Of a DNA stretch of 54,604 nucleotides, positions 35,963 through 46,890 are shown piece by piece. This DNA is from a virus. Its lineage: Duplodnaviria > Caudoviricetes. Under the pieces are notes generated by a model that was given only the letters and a program-made list of their open reading frames with translations, was not told where the DNA came from and ran no database searches. The DNA lies in the IMG/VR virus record IMGVR_UViG_3300042934_001355, positions 1 to 54,604 of that record. One strand, given 5' to 3'. Made by a program: the position numbers and the translations under genes. Every line of letters begins with the position of its first letter. The stretch's first letter is position 1.

Positions 35963-38900
35963 ATGGCAGGCGAGCAGCAGGTTGGCAACATCGTTTATGA
36001 GATTGAAATGAATGTCGCCAGACTTATCGAAGGGCAGCGGCAGGTAAATGATCGCCTTAGCAAGTTAGACCAAGGCTTTAATAGCACAGCCAGATCGGCT
36101 GGGAATGCTGAAAAGTCGTTTTCATCATTAACCAGGGTGGCTACAGCCCTTTCAGCCGCCATCTCGGTGCAGCAGGTTGCGGAGTATGGGAATGCCTGGG
36201 TAACGGTTAGCAATAAACTTGCGAACTCTGTCCGGGCTAATGAGCAGCTTGCTGATGTAACACAGCGCGTTTTCGATATCTCACAGAACACACGGTCAAG
36301 TATTGAGGCTACCGCCACGCTGTATGGTCGACTGGAGCGATCTACGAGAAGCGCAGGTACTAGCACTGCCGACCTCATTAAGCTCACAACGACCATCAAC
36401 AAGGGCTTGGCTGTCTCAGGTGCAACGACCGAAGAAGCAAGCTCGACAATGACCCAGCTTTCTCAGGCGCTCGCCTCCGGCGTTCTGCGTGGCGAAGAGT
36501 TTAACTCCATTTCTGAGAACGGAAGCCGCCTGGCCGTTGCTTTGGCTGATTCACTTGGAGTCACGATCGGCCAACTTAGAGCGATGGCAGCAGAGGGTAA
36601 GCTCACCACAGAAGTTGTTGTTAATGGCCTGCTTAAACAGAGCGATGCGATCGCAAAAGAGTTCGCTAACACTGCGCTTACTATGGGTCAGGCATTTACT
36701 GTTGCAACCAACAATATCACCAAATTTGTAGGTGAGAGCTCAAGCGTCAGCACATCTATAAAAATCTTCAATCAGGGTGTTATCTCTCTCAGCGAGAATT
36801 TAGATATTGTCGCTAACGTAGTTGCAGCTGCCGCAGTAATCTTTGGCGGGAGATTTACTGGCGCTCTGGCTATGGCAACGAAAGCGAGAGTAGATGACGC
36901 ACTGGCAGCCAGAGCACAATCGGTAGCTACCGCACAATCCACAGCAGCCACTGCCACTTCAGCTGCCGTAGTCGCCAGAAAGGCACTGCTGGATAAAGAA
37001 GCCGCCCTGTCTTCGCTGGCACTTGCGCAGGCTGAGTACAACGTCGCTAAGGGCTCTTCGGCAGAAGCTTTTGCTCTGCAGAATCTCAATGCTGCAAAGT
37101 CAGTGGCTATCCAGCGATCTGCTGCATACGCAGAGGCGCAGATTGAGCAGGCAGCCGCAACGCGAACAGCTACCGCTGCAGCAGTGACGGCCACGACCAC
37201 TATTAAATCACTTGCCAGTGGCGCGCTTGCTCTGATTGGTGGGCCAGCTGGCTTTGCGATGATAGCAGCGGCTGGGCTTATCTATCTTTATCAAAGTATG
37301 ATGCAAGCCAGGCAGGCCTCCATAGATCTGGCAGATAATCTCGATGGCGTCATTGCCAAAATGAAAAGCATGAGTCAGGTTCAGCTTGCTGCTGAAATTG
37401 ACAACGCCAGCAAATCAATCCGTGCTCAGGCTGATGCCTTAAAAGACACCCAATCCACGCTTGAGGCTAATGAACTTCAGCAGTCGCGGCTCCGTCGCAC
37501 TCTCGGATCTCTTGAAGAGGGAAGCCTTCTCTATAAGGTCACGCTCTCTGAGTTGGCTGATGCTCAGAGTGAGCATACCCAGTTGCTGGCTCAGAACGAG
37601 ACTGCTCAAAACAGGCTCAGTCAGACAGTCAGTAAGGCGGGCATTTTACGAGCACAGTTCAACGGTGAATTCGCCCAAGGTATAGATCTGCTTAAGCGTG
37701 ATGGGGATCAGGCCGGGGTGACTGCAGGACTTATGAGCCAGCTTGGCAATGCAATCGACTTTGCCAGTCGAGCAAAGGATAAGTTCAACTCTACAAGCTT
37801 ACAAATTCCTCGCAGCGACAAGGCAGACGCCTATAACAAAGATCTGGCTGATGAAAACACGCTTCTTGCTATAACCGACAAACGCCTCCGCGCCGTAACC
37901 AAGGCTCGGATGGAGGCATCGGATAAAGGTGGCAACCAGAATCAGGTTAACGCCGCAGGAGAACTTGCTGGAGCGCAATATGACTTGCAGCAGGCCGAAG
38001 AGAAGCGAAATAAAGAAACTCGGGCGGGCATAGCTGCCGGTAAAAAGGCCGAAACTCAAGCTGAGCATAATGCGCAGGTGCTTGATCAATACAGACAAAA
38101 ATCAGAGATGGCCGCTGATTCCACCAGTGATCTTTCACGTGCTAATTATTTATTGCAGGCTCGCCAAAAGCTAACGAACCCTACGCCAGCGCAAATTGCT
38201 CAAGTCGAGAAAGACGCGGCAACAGCATGGGATAAGGCTAACGCCATTAAAGCCCAAGCCGCTGCTGAGAAGCTTCTGCCCGAAGCAAGAGAGAATGCAA
38301 GTTATAAGCAGGATGTAAGCGACCTGCAAACGGCCCTTTCTGCCAAAAAGATTAGCCAGGAGCAGTACAACGAAACCGCTGAGCGGCTTGAGCAGGAGCA
38401 TCAGGTTAACCTCGCAAAGATCCGCGCTAATCAGGCCGTAACTCCAGAGCAGGCTGCTGCAGGAGCTGTTGATCCTGTACAGCAATTGGCAAATGAGAAC
38501 GCGCAGAAGCTCGCTCTTATCCAGCAGTTCGAAACGCAAAAGGGACAAATAACCCAGCGTGGTATTGAGCTGATGAATGCCGCTAACACTCAGTATGAAC
38601 AGGCGCGAATAGCTGCTCAGTGGCAAATCTGGAGGAATCAGAGTGTAGGAAATGAGGCTTTAGCTGCGTCATTTGATTCCTTGGCCGGCAATGCATCTAA
38701 TGCCTTCACAGGAATGGTAACAGGTAGCATGACCGCCCAGGAAGCCATGTCTTCTCTAGCCAGCAACGCCATTAACAGCCTTATCAACTCCTTCGTTCAG
38801 ATGGGCGTGGAGTGGGTAAAATCGGCCGTAATGGGTTCAACTGCGCAAATTTCAGCAACTGCAGCGACAACATCTGCTTCGGTCGCAGGGATTGCAACTA

Positions 38901-39391
38901 CTACTGCGGCCAGTACAGCATCAGCTGCAACTACCACAGTTGCATGGCTGCCAGCGGCAGCAGCTGCGTCAATTGGCTCTTTTGGCGGCGCGGCGGTCAT
39001 TGGTATCGGCGCTTTGATCGCGGGAATGGCTTTGGCCGGCGGGTTAGCTGGCAAGCGTAAGAACGGTGGCCCGGTATCGGCAGGCTCCATGTATCAGGTA
39101 GGTGAGGGCGGCATGCCTGAGATCTATCAGGCTAGCAGTGGTAAGCAATACATGATCCCCGGCGATAACGGTTCAGTGATAAGCAATAAGGACATGACGT
39201 CATCAGCTGGTAGCTCAGGCGGGGTGGTTATCAACATACAGAACTACACCAGCGCCACGGTTGATGCGCAGGCCAATAACACAGGTGGCGGGCTGACAAT
39301 AGACGTCATTGTGGCAGACCTGAACCAGGGCGGTCCAATCCGGCAGGCAATAACCCGCAACACAACAGCATCAGCGAGGGCTACAGAATAA
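35963..39391 (+). CDS. Tail tape measure protein
   Basis: 1142 aa Ala-rich; QLSQALASGVLRGEEFNSI tape-measure motif. Confidence 0.93.
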   Translation: MAGEQQVGNIVYEIEMNVARLIEGQRQVNDRLSKLDQGFNSTARSAGNAEKSFSSLTRVATALSAAISVQQVAEYGNAWVTVSNKLANSVRANEQLADVTQRVFDISQNTRSSIEATATLYGRLERSTRSAGTSTADLIKLTTTINKGLAVSGATTEEASSTMTQLSQALASGVLRGEEFNSISENGSRLAVALADSLGVTIGQLRAMAAEGKLTTEVVVNGLLKQSDAIAKEFANTALTMGQAFTVATNNITKFVGESSSVSTSIKIFNQGVISLSENLDIVANVVAAAAVIFGGRFTGALAMATKARVDDALAARAQSVATAQSTAATATSAAVVARKALLDKEAALSSLALAQAEYNVAKGSSAEAFALQNLNAAKSVAIQRSAAYAEAQIEQAAATRTATAAAVTATTTIKSLASGALALIGGPAGFAMIAAAGLIYLYQSMMQARQASIDLADNLDGVIAKMKSMSQVQLAAEIDNASKSIRAQADALKDTQSTLEANELQQSRLRRTLGSLEEGSLLYKVTLSELADAQSEHTQLLAQNETAQNRLSQTVSKAGILRAQFNGEFAQGIDLLKRDGDQAGVTAGLMSQLGNAIDFASRAKDKFNSTSLQIPRSDKADAYNKDLADENTLLAITDKRLRAVTKARMEASDKGGNQNQVNAAGELAGAQYDLQQAEEKRNKETRAGIAAGKKAETQAEHNAQVLDQYRQKSEMAADSTSDLSRANYLLQARQKLTNPTPAQIAQVEKDAATAWDKANAIKAQAAAEKLLPEARENASYKQDVSDLQTALSAKKISQEQYNETAERLEQEHQVNLAKIRANQAVTPEQAAAGAVDPVQQLANENAQKLALIQQFETQKGQITQRGIELMNAANTQYEQARIAAQWQIWRNQSVGNEALAASFDSLAGNASNAFTGMVTGSMTAQEAMSSLASNAINSLINSFVQMGVEWVKSAVMGSTAQISATAATTSASVAGIATTTAASTASAATTTVAWLPAAAAASIGSFGGAAVIGIGALIAGMALAGGLAGKRKNGGPVSAGSMYQVGEGGMPEIYQASSGKQYMIPGDNGSVISNKDMTSSAGSSGGVVINIQNYTSATVDAQANNTGGGLTIDVIVADLNQGGPIRQAITRNTTASARATE

Positions 39392-39888
39392 TGGCTATTA
39401 ATTATCCTGACTGGCTCCCGCTGGCTCAGAAGTCTAATAAAAATTTCACCAGTGATACGGGGTTCCGCACTGACCAGCCACAGGTTGGTGCGCCAATCTT
39501 CCAGAAGCTTACCGACGACCTCAAATCTTCATTCAGCCTGACATGGATATTCACACGTGATCAGCACCGTGCCTTTTACCAGTGGTTGCGCAGTCCTAAC
39601 TATCTGGATAACGGCAATCATTGGTTCAGCATGAGGCTATCGACCGGGACTGGCGACTCAGGGCTGGAAGTTCAGGAGCTTCATTTCACCGCCTATCCAA
39701 CATGGAACCAGAGTGGGTCTGCGTTCACTTGGACGGGCAGCGTAATAGCCAGAGAACTGAATAACTCAGATGACGAATTCGACGACATCCTGGTTGAGCT
39801 TCCGCCGCCATGGGGTAGTTGGCTGGACATTGTCGTCACTGGTTATCCCGACGGGCGGGATAAGGAATCATTACCAAGGGTGCCTTAA
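39391..39888 (+). CDS. Distal tail protein
   Basis: YPDWLPL; position after tape measure. Confidence 0.65.
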   Translation: MAINYPDWLPLAQKSNKNFTSDTGFRTDQPQVGAPIFQKLTDDLKSSFSLTWIFTRDQHRAFYQWLRSPNYLDNGNHWFSMRLSTGTGDSGLEVQELHFTAYPTWNQSGSAFTWTGSVIARELNNSDDEFDDILVELPPPWGSWLDIVVTGYPDGRDKESLPRVP

Positions 39889-40358
39889 TGCCAAGTTTCA
39901 GAGAGTTCAAGAGCCAGCGACCAAATAGGGTGCTGTTCGACACGCTGACGTTCTATAACCAGACATTCGGTTATATCAGGCTGGTAGACAAACAGGTTTT
40001 CCCCAAAACCTTTGCTGGCCAAATCTATACACCATGTCGCATGGAAATAAACGAAAGCCAGCAGAGCAGCACCCCTGTTATTGATTGCAGTGTCAAATTC
40101 AGCCGGCTAGCGCAGGACTTTAAGCAGCAACTTAAGCTGTGGCGGGGGTATGCGCGCATCACTCCAATCTCGGCCACATACCAGCGTTTTGATTCGGCTG
40201 ATATGAACACGCCACTTAAGCCATGGACCCTCTACGTCAATGACGTAAGCATGGATCAGAACGATGTGACCGTTACGCTGACGCTTAAAAACCCGCTCAA
40301 TAACAACGTTGGTCGGCTTTACACGCCAGAGGAATTTCCGGGATTACAGAATGCTTAA
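39888..40358 (+). CDS. Minor tail protein (DUF1833-like)
   Basis: C-terminal YTPEEFPGL. Confidence 0.65.
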   Translation: MPSFREFKSQRPNRVLFDTLTFYNQTFGYIRLVDKQVFPKTFAGQIYTPCRMEINESQQSSTPVIDCSVKFSRLAQDFKQQLKLWRGYARITPISATYQRFDSADMNTPLKPWTLYVNDVSMDQNDVTVTLTLKNPLNNNVGRLYTPEEFPGLQNA

Positions 40359-40782
40359 AGCTGAGTTCATTGAGAAGGTGGCTGGAGTTCCATGGCGTGA
40401 CAGGTCATGCACCTTTGAGGCTATGGACTGCTGGGCGCTGGTAGTTCTCTACTACCGCCATGTGATGGGCGTAGAGATTCATCATCAGCCTGACTACGAA
40501 TCTGGCGCCGACTTCCTGACGTGCTTTACAGGCGAGGTCGTTTACTGGCGGCAAACGGATATCTTCAGTGACAACGGAATTTTTATTGCCTGGTACGGCA
40601 GCCAGCCTGTTCACGTCGGACTGACTCTTAACGGGCGTGCATTGCACAGTCGCGGAGAGAGTGGGCATGTGCGCTCAGACAGTATCCGAACAATACAAAA
40701 ACTATTCACGCGCGTGGAGTTCTATCAGTATGCCTATCGTCCAGATTCAGCGTGTTCCGGGACTGCCGAAAGAGAGAGTTAA
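40351..40782 (+). CDS. NlpC/P60 tail tip protein
   Basis: GVPW...DCWALV...HVG...LHS. Confidence 0.8.
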   Translation: MLKAEFIEKVAGVPWRDRSCTFEAMDCWALVVLYYRHVMGVEIHHQPDYESGADFLTCFTGEVVYWRQTDIFSDNGIFIAWYGSQPVHVGLTLNGRALHSRGESGHVRSDSIRTIQKLFTRVEFYQYAYRPDSACSGTAERES

Positions 40783-43213
40783 AGCCCCTGCAGGTGTGCC
40801 GTTCAATGAGTGGCTGGCAGGACAGAATCTTCATAACGAACTACGCATCAGCGTTAACGGTCATGAACTGCGGGACGATGACGATATCGGCTTCATCCTG
40901 CAAGAAGATGACAGGGTTATCATCTTCGACCAGCCAAAATCAGGCGATCTAGCCAAAACCCTCCTTAATCCGCTTGAGCACTTCAACCCGATAAAGTTTA
41001 CTCAGAAAATCATGAGTGGGCTCATCAAGCAGCCTGGAACAGGAAATATCGGGCAAAGCAAAACATCATCAAACAACAGCCTGAAGGGTCAGACTAACCT
41101 TGCCCGTAATGGAGAAGCCAAGCCTGATAATTACGGTCTGATCAGGGCATTTCCTGACCTGATTCAGGAGTCCCTCTTTGAATATACGAACAATTTAAAG
41201 TACCTGACTGAGTTCATGAACTTTGGTATTGGAAAATACACTGTCAGCTCAGTGAGATATTCGGAAAGCAACCTCGGGTCAATGGCTGGAGCGTCGTTCA
41301 CCGTATATAACCCGGGCGATGTGATCGGCACCATAAATGAAGGTTACCAGTTTGACGATGTTGATGGTCAGGAGGTGCCCGGTAAGAACGAGTCAGAGGA
41401 TTTCCCTATTGAGAGTGCCACTGCTACCACAGTGATAAGCGGAAGCTACTCCGGCGGCCAGATTCTCATGAAGATTGTTAAGCAAGCGAGCTTTGACTAC
41501 TTCATGGGACTGACACTACCCCATGCCGTATCCTTTGTGGTGAATGCTACATACCCAACAGCTAGCGGGAATGTTACTCAGGACTTCACATTATCAGGCA
41601 ATTTGATATCGGCCACGCAGACATCTAACGGGTCCGTTACAGCGCCGATTTATTACTACAATTTTGTCATCGACAGCATTGAAGGATCAAACGCCTCATA
41701 CATATCTACCGCAACAATCAACACAATTAAGTTCATTCTAAATGACAACCAGGCACTGGCGATTGGCCCGTTCTTTTCACCGGTACAATCCTCGCAGTTG
41801 TGGCTGCACACGCAGTCAGGATTGGGTGGTAAAAGCGAGACCAACTGGCAGGTTACGATCTGGAAAGTCGATGACGATAATGTCCAGGTGCCGGGAACAA
41901 CTCAGACGTTCCTTTATCGACAAACTACGCCTCACCAGTCTACATCTGACACATTCTATCGCACAGATAAGCTAACACCTGCCGCAGGATATGGACGCTA
42001 TGCGGTGACGTTCCAGCGCACAGATAACAGCAGTGACAGCAGCAAGCTCAAGATTGAGGCAATTCATAGCGTCAATACGCGGAGCAATGTCAGCTATCCC
42101 AGTGACACACTTGTGCGCGTTACGGTCAGGCAGACTGAGAATGCCACCAGTGCGCGGGACAGGAAATATAATGCCCTCATTAACCGGCATGTGATCACGT
42201 ACAACCTGAGTACGCAGAAAGTCGATTACACGATTAGGGCATCGCGAAAGTTTGCAGATATTGCGTTGCACAACTGGCTCGTAATTGGCGGTCAGCCTGA
42301 AAGTTCAATCGACATATATGGGCTCTACCAGATACAGGCAGAGCTCGACGCCAGAGATCAGCGGCTTAGTTATTTTGACTACACATTTGATGATGAGGAT
42401 GTGTCGCTGGGACAGAGAATGGAGACCATATGCGATGCGGCTGGGGTTAGTGTTTACTGGGATGACAGCGTGCTTTCTTTCACGCTCGACGCGAAAAGAA
42501 CTGTGCCGGCAACCGTTTTCAACCGATCCAATACTGTTGATGCAGGGTACTCTTTAAGCTACGACATGACGCTGCCAGGCGGGTATGACGGAGTTGAGGT
42601 TCAGTACCGTAATCCGACCACCAACAAGCAGGCTTATATACGCTATAGGGTGAGAAATAATCATATCGAAACAGGACGGCCACTCAAAGCTAAAAAGTTC
42701 GAGATGATGTATGTGCGTGACGGTTTTCAGGCTGATTACCGGGCGCAGAAAGAGTGCAGACGGCTGCTTTATTCGCGGATGAGCATGGCTATTACAGCTC
42801 TAGCAGATGGGGAATGGGTTAACGTAGGAGATATGGCTCAGGTTCCTGACACCTACGACACCAATCAGCAGGCTGGATATATCGTATCACGCAGCGGGAA
42901 TTCATTTGAAACCAGCGAGCGAATCAACTTCACCGGCTCGATGTATGTGGTCATTACTGATTCCATTGGCAACTCGTCTGCTCGCTATCCGGCATCACCT
43001 CACCCACAAACAGCCTTTGGTTTTACCGCAGCTATCCCTCAGATGGCGCTGAACATCTTTGACGGCTATGACGTTCAGTCTCCCTCGCGTTATGTAATCG
43101 CAACCACAGAAGAGCTTAATGCCACTCAGTGGGTCATAAGCGAAAAGCAGCCCAATAGCGATGGTACAACAGCTTTAACCCTCGCTGAATACAGCGATCT
43201 GATTTACCCCTAA
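40730..43213 (+). CDS. Central tail tip / host-specificity protein
   Basis: ~827 aa; NLARNGEAKPDNYG..RAFPDL; position. Confidence 0.8.
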   Translation: MPIVQIQRVPGLPKERVKAPAGVPFNEWLAGQNLHNELRISVNGHELRDDDDIGFILQEDDRVIIFDQPKSGDLAKTLLNPLEHFNPIKFTQKIMSGLIKQPGTGNIGQSKTSSNNSLKGQTNLARNGEAKPDNYGLIRAFPDLIQESLFEYTNNLKYLTEFMNFGIGKYTVSSVRYSESNLGSMAGASFTVYNPGDVIGTINEGYQFDDVDGQEVPGKNESEDFPIESATATTVISGSYSGGQILMKIVKQASFDYFMGLTLPHAVSFVVNATYPTASGNVTQDFTLSGNLISATQTSNGSVTAPIYYYNFVIDSIEGSNASYISTATINTIKFILNDNQALAIGPFFSPVQSSQLWLHTQSGLGGKSETNWQVTIWKVDDDNVQVPGTTQTFLYRQTTPHQSTSDTFYRTDKLTPAAGYGRYAVTFQRTDNSSDSSKLKIEAIHSVNTRSNVSYPSDTLVRVTVRQTENATSARDRKYNALINRHVITYNLSTQKVDYTIRASRKFADIALHNWLVIGGQPESSIDIYGLYQIQAELDARDQRLSYFDYTFDDEDVSLGQRMETICDAAGVSVYWDDSVLSFTLDAKRTVPATVFNRSNTVDAGYSLSYDMTLPGGYDGVEVQYRNPTTNKQAYIRYRVRNNHIETGRPLKAKKFEMMYVRDGFQADYRAQKECRRLLYSRMSMAITALADGEWVNVGDMAQVPDTYDTNQQAGYIVSRSGNSFETSERINFTGSMYVVITDSIGNSSARYPASPHPQTAFGFTAAIPQMALNIFDGYDVQSPSRYVIATTEELNATQWVISEKQPNSDGTTALTLAEYSDLIYP

Positions 43214-43269
43214 AAATCGCCCTCTCAACATCAGGCCAGCCATAGAGCTGGCTTTTTTATGGAAAAATT

Positions 43270-45099
43270 ATGGCTACTCAACCTACACAGCTGCCAGTGC
43301 CAAGTGAATCGCCTCGCGATTTGAAATTCAACGCAGGTAAGATTGATGAGTTTGTCAGCTCACTTGAAAAACAATACATCGATAGGTTTGGCGGCCGGCA
43401 CTACACCATTGAAGGTCTTCGGTGGCTGGCTCAGCAAGCTATTTCCCAGTTCGGCTACATTACGGTTGATTCATTTCAGACAGGCGCCACGATTTCATTG
43501 CCGAACCAAGTTCTTCGCGATACAAGCTCGGGAGAATATTATCGGTGGGATGGGTCTCTGCCAAAAGTGGTCGCGCCCGGGTCAACACCTCAATCCAGTG
43601 GTGGAATAGGATTATCAAAATGGCTAAGTGTGGGGGCGGCCGTCTTAGCGAGCGCCCAAGATGGGGCTGGTGATTCATTAGTCGCAGTGAAGCAACCGTT
43701 GAATGGGGCGGTGCCAAGAACTCAGCACGATAAAAATCAGGATTTCATAACGGTTGAAGATTTTGGAGCGGTAGGTGATGGTTTAGCTGATGATACTCTT
43801 GCAATTCAGGCAGCCATAGATAGCGGGGTAAGAGTTGTTCTCAGTGCATCTTCACCAAAGAAAAAAGAGTATAAAATCTCATCACCTTTAGTTATTAAGA
43901 GGCAGGTTGAAATCGACTTCGGTCGCTCTGAAATCAAACAGACAATCAATGCTCCCCATTTTAAAATAGGCTATACGGAATCACAGATAAATTCTCCAGT
44001 ATTATCAAATATTACCATGATCAACACCGTCACCACCACAGTACAGCAAATCGATGCAAGGAATGTAGGTAATATGACGGTGCGGCATTGTTATGCCTAT
44101 GGCGATAATAAGTCTTATGGTTTGATAAAAGTGACCAATGGAATAGTGACATCAATTCTAAATTGTAGGTCAGCGTACTGCACGGGTAAGGATATAGAAT
44201 TAAACGGTGCTGGCACAGGCTCGTTAAGGACAGTCGATACAACCATTTATGATTGCAGGCTAGAGCGTGGCGTTGTAGCAATATCGGTAAGTGATTTTGT
44301 AGAGGGGTTGTACATAAGAAGGAATATCTTATATGGCCATTCAAAAATACCTCTTGAAATTGGTCAATCTACATCTGGTGGCTTATATTCAGGTAAAATA
44401 CAAGAAAATGATTTCGACTCCCCCGTGGCAGAAAGTTTCATATATGTTGCTAACTTCAAGAATATGCAAATCTCGGAAAACTGGTTTGCGGGTTCTGTCG
44501 CTAGTCCACATATACATTTGGATTCAGGATGTGACAGCACTATAATTTCATCTAATCAATCCTATCCAAATAAAGTCTTCATAGAAGATAACGGTGTGGG
44601 AACTATCCTTACATCGAACATGGTTATCGGGGGCACGGTTCCAGTCCAGTTTGCTTCCAGTGCGAACAAGAGCGTTATCAGCGCTAATACTTTCAGAGAC
44701 TCCTCAAGCGCGTGTGTTGATGTCACTAATCACTTAGGTCAATTACAGGTGGCAGATAATTTCTTCGCTTCTGCTACTGGAGACGGCATCTCAGGGCCAG
44801 AAAAGGCAGGAATGTACTTTGAAGGTAACAAGGGAGATAAAGCTCGGGGGGAGACAAGGGCGGCATATGTAGGTTCTGTTACTCCGAGGTCTTGGACTGT
44901 AGGCGCCAGGCCGGAGCATCTCACTTTGATTGGGGGCGCTATCACTAGTGTAGTAGTGAATGGGACACAGGTTTGGCCTTTATCTGGATCGACATACAAT
45001 CAAGGTAGCTTTGTAATTGGTACGCTCCCTCCAGGAAGTACCTTTACTGTGGACTTCAATGCAAGCTCAGCCCCTTGGCTTATGAGAATAAAACAATAA
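43270..45099 (+). CDS. Tailspike with beta-helix (pectate lyase-like) depolymerase domain
   Basis: N-terminal SPRDLKFNAGKIDEFV and YRWDGSLPK; VEDFGAVGDGLADDTLAIQAAID; repeated I..N.F strands. Confidence 0.85.
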   Translation: MATQPTQLPVPSESPRDLKFNAGKIDEFVSSLEKQYIDRFGGRHYTIEGLRWLAQQAISQFGYITVDSFQTGATISLPNQVLRDTSSGEYYRWDGSLPKVVAPGSTPQSSGGIGLSKWLSVGAAVLASAQDGAGDSLVAVKQPLNGAVPRTQHDKNQDFITVEDFGAVGDGLADDTLAIQAAIDSGVRVVLSASSPKKKEYKISSPLVIKRQVEIDFGRSEIKQTINAPHFKIGYTESQINSPVLSNITMINTVTTTVQQIDARNVGNMTVRHCYAYGDNKSYGLIKVTNGIVTSILNCRSAYCTGKDIELNGAGTGSLRTVDTTIYDCRLERGVVAISVSDFVEGLYIRRNILYGHSKIPLEIGQSTSGGLYSGKIQENDFDSPVAESFIYVANFKNMQISENWFAGSVASPHIHLDSGCDSTIISSNQSYPNKVFIEDNGVGTILTSNMVIGGTVPVQFASSANKSVISANTFRDSSSACVDVTNHLGQLQVADNFFASATGDGISGPEKAGMYFEGNKGDKARGETRAAYVGSVTPRSWTVGARPEHLTLIGGAITSVVVNGTQVWPLSGSTYNQGSFVIGTLPPGSTFTVDFNASSAPWLMRIKQ

Positions 45100-45125
45100 A
45101 AAAGTGTTAATCAAATTATTGCGAC

Positions 45126-46235
45126 TCATGGCTGAGTCGCAACGTTTAATTTATTACAAAGTGCATCTCTGATTTTATTAGATAATATGCTCTCAAATAC
45201 ATAATACGATATATATCCTAAAAGTATTGCGATGCCAGTAGTGAATATTAAAGCAGGTATTCCTGTTGATAAAAAATGCAAGACTGTCCCCGACGTTAGT
45301 TTAGGAAAAAGCTCTTGTGATAAAGGATGCCATAGATACAAAGAAAATGATATTTCGCCTAGAAAAATGAATGCCTTGTTGAATTTAATTTTTATTTCTC
45401 TACATAGCATGCACATAGAAAAGAAAAAAGGTATTAGTGATAACCCCCACTCAAGAGCGCCATGGCCAGTCCGTAATTTTGTTATATACTGAAAGGTCAT
45501 TATGCATAATGAAACGACAAGAATTATAGTGCTTGTCTTTTTGTTTATTCTCAGGTTGAAGTTAAAATAAAGATTCCCTATTATAGATCCTGCGATGAAA
45601 AGCCATATTGCAGGGGATGTTATCAAGTTTGCATACCCAAAGTTGAAGTTATAAGTATCATACGATACCATGCTGAATCTGCCAGTAAATAAAATAGGTA
45701 TTAATATCAAAGTTATGCATAAGTAAACATATAATGCTAACCATCTAAAAGTATTGAACAGAATTGACACACCAAAAACAAGGTAAAAATAAATTTCATA
45801 GTTTAGCGTCCAGCCTATATCTAAAACAGGGAATCCAAAACTCGGACTATCTTCTTTATTAGTTGGCGTAAAAATAAAGCTTTTTGCCAGCCACTCGATG
45901 TTTTCATGGCTACTGAAAAAAGAAAATCCATACTTTACCAAAATAATCATAGATAAGGTTGCTATGAAATATGTCGGAAAAATCCTAGCTATTCTTTTTT
46001 TAAAAAAACCCATAACATATTTTAAATCAATATTCGAACTTTGAGTGGTTGCAACCATGATAAAACCACTAATTATGAAGAATAAGCAAACCCCAAGCGA
46101 ACCGGCTGCTCCAAGCAGGCTGTATCCCAAGCCCGTGCCATATGGGCTAATGAATCGGCTTCCATGAAAAAGCACGACCATCATGCAAGCAATTCCTCTT
46201 AAGGCCTGAATGAACTCAATTTTCTTCTTTTGCAT
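45126..46235 (-). CDS. Acyltransferase-3 (OafA-like) membrane O-acyltransferase
   Basis: IQALRGIA..MVVLFH, FFIISGF, RIARIFP, WTLNYEIYFY and GEISFSLYLWH; very AT-rich. Confidence 0.9.
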   Translation of the reverse strand: MQKKKIEFIQALRGIACMMVVLFHGSRFISPYGTGLGYSLLGAAGSLGVCLFFIISGFIMVATTQSSNIDLKYVMGFFKKRIARIFPTYFIATLSMIILVKYGFSFFSSHENIEWLAKSFIFTPTNKEDSPSFGFPVLDIGWTLNYEIYFYLVFGVSILFNTFRWLALYVYLCITLILIPILFTGRFSMVSYDTYNFNFGYANLITSPAIWLFIAGSIIGNLYFNFNLRINKKTSTIILVVSLCIMTFQYITKLRTGHGALEWGLSLIPFFFSMCMLCREIKIKFNKAFIFLGEISFSLYLWHPLSQELFPKLTSGTVLHFLSTGIPALIFTTGIAILLGYISYYVFESILSNKIRDALCNKLNVATQP

Positions 46236-46607
46236 GGACGTGTTCTTTGAAGTAGATGATTACTATCAACAATATGAAATCATTAAAGCATTAGCAATTC
46301 TTACTTAATCTTTTTGAGATCTCACATTGCCGTAAGTTAACTCTTTTGGGTTCAATTTTAATTGTTGAGCCCTATTCGAAGGATGTAGAACCAGCGAAAG
46401 GAGCGGTCGTACATGCCGAAAATAGCCATACATAAAAAAGCCCCGGCGACGGGGCAGCTACAGACCGCGCCAGTCTCAGCAGGCTGCGGGATGGGTAATT
46501 TGAGATTAGTCACCCATCACCGCCAGCGCCAACAAAAAACCCTTTCATCTCAGACCCTTTACAAATCTGTCCACCGCTCCGCCTTGATCAAAACTACCGA
46601 TCGATAT

Positions 46608-46627
46608 TACTGTTTATCTATACAGTA
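46608..46627. promoter_or_regulatory. LexA box overlapping a TTGATC...TACTGT promoter
   Basis: taCTGtttatctataCAGta. Confidence 0.85.
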
Positions 46628-46648
46628 TTTATCAGAGGAGGATTCATT

Positions 46649-46888
46649 ATGGCGAGAGAGAGTGACATACACGCGGCGTTTACTGGAGCGATAACAAAAG
46701 ACGGCCGGGGCAGGCAGATTGTCACCACGGCGGCATTCCAGAAGCGGCTGGATGACGTGAACCACGTGTGGACGCTGGCAGAGTGCAACCGGTGGATTCG
46801 CCGTTACCAGAATTTCTTCTTCGAGCTGGCCACAGAGGAAAGCGAGAATAAAACGTGGTCGCTACGCAACATGGGATACGTGAGGTAA
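46649..46888 (+). CDS. Small SOS-regulated phage protein
   Basis: GAGGAGG RBS; MARESDIHAAF...WSLRNMG. Confidence 0.75.
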   Translation: MARESDIHAAFTGAITKDGRGRQIVTTAAFQKRLDDVNHVWTLAECNRWIRRYQNFFFELATEESENKTWSLRNMGYVR

Positions 46889-46890
46889 TT

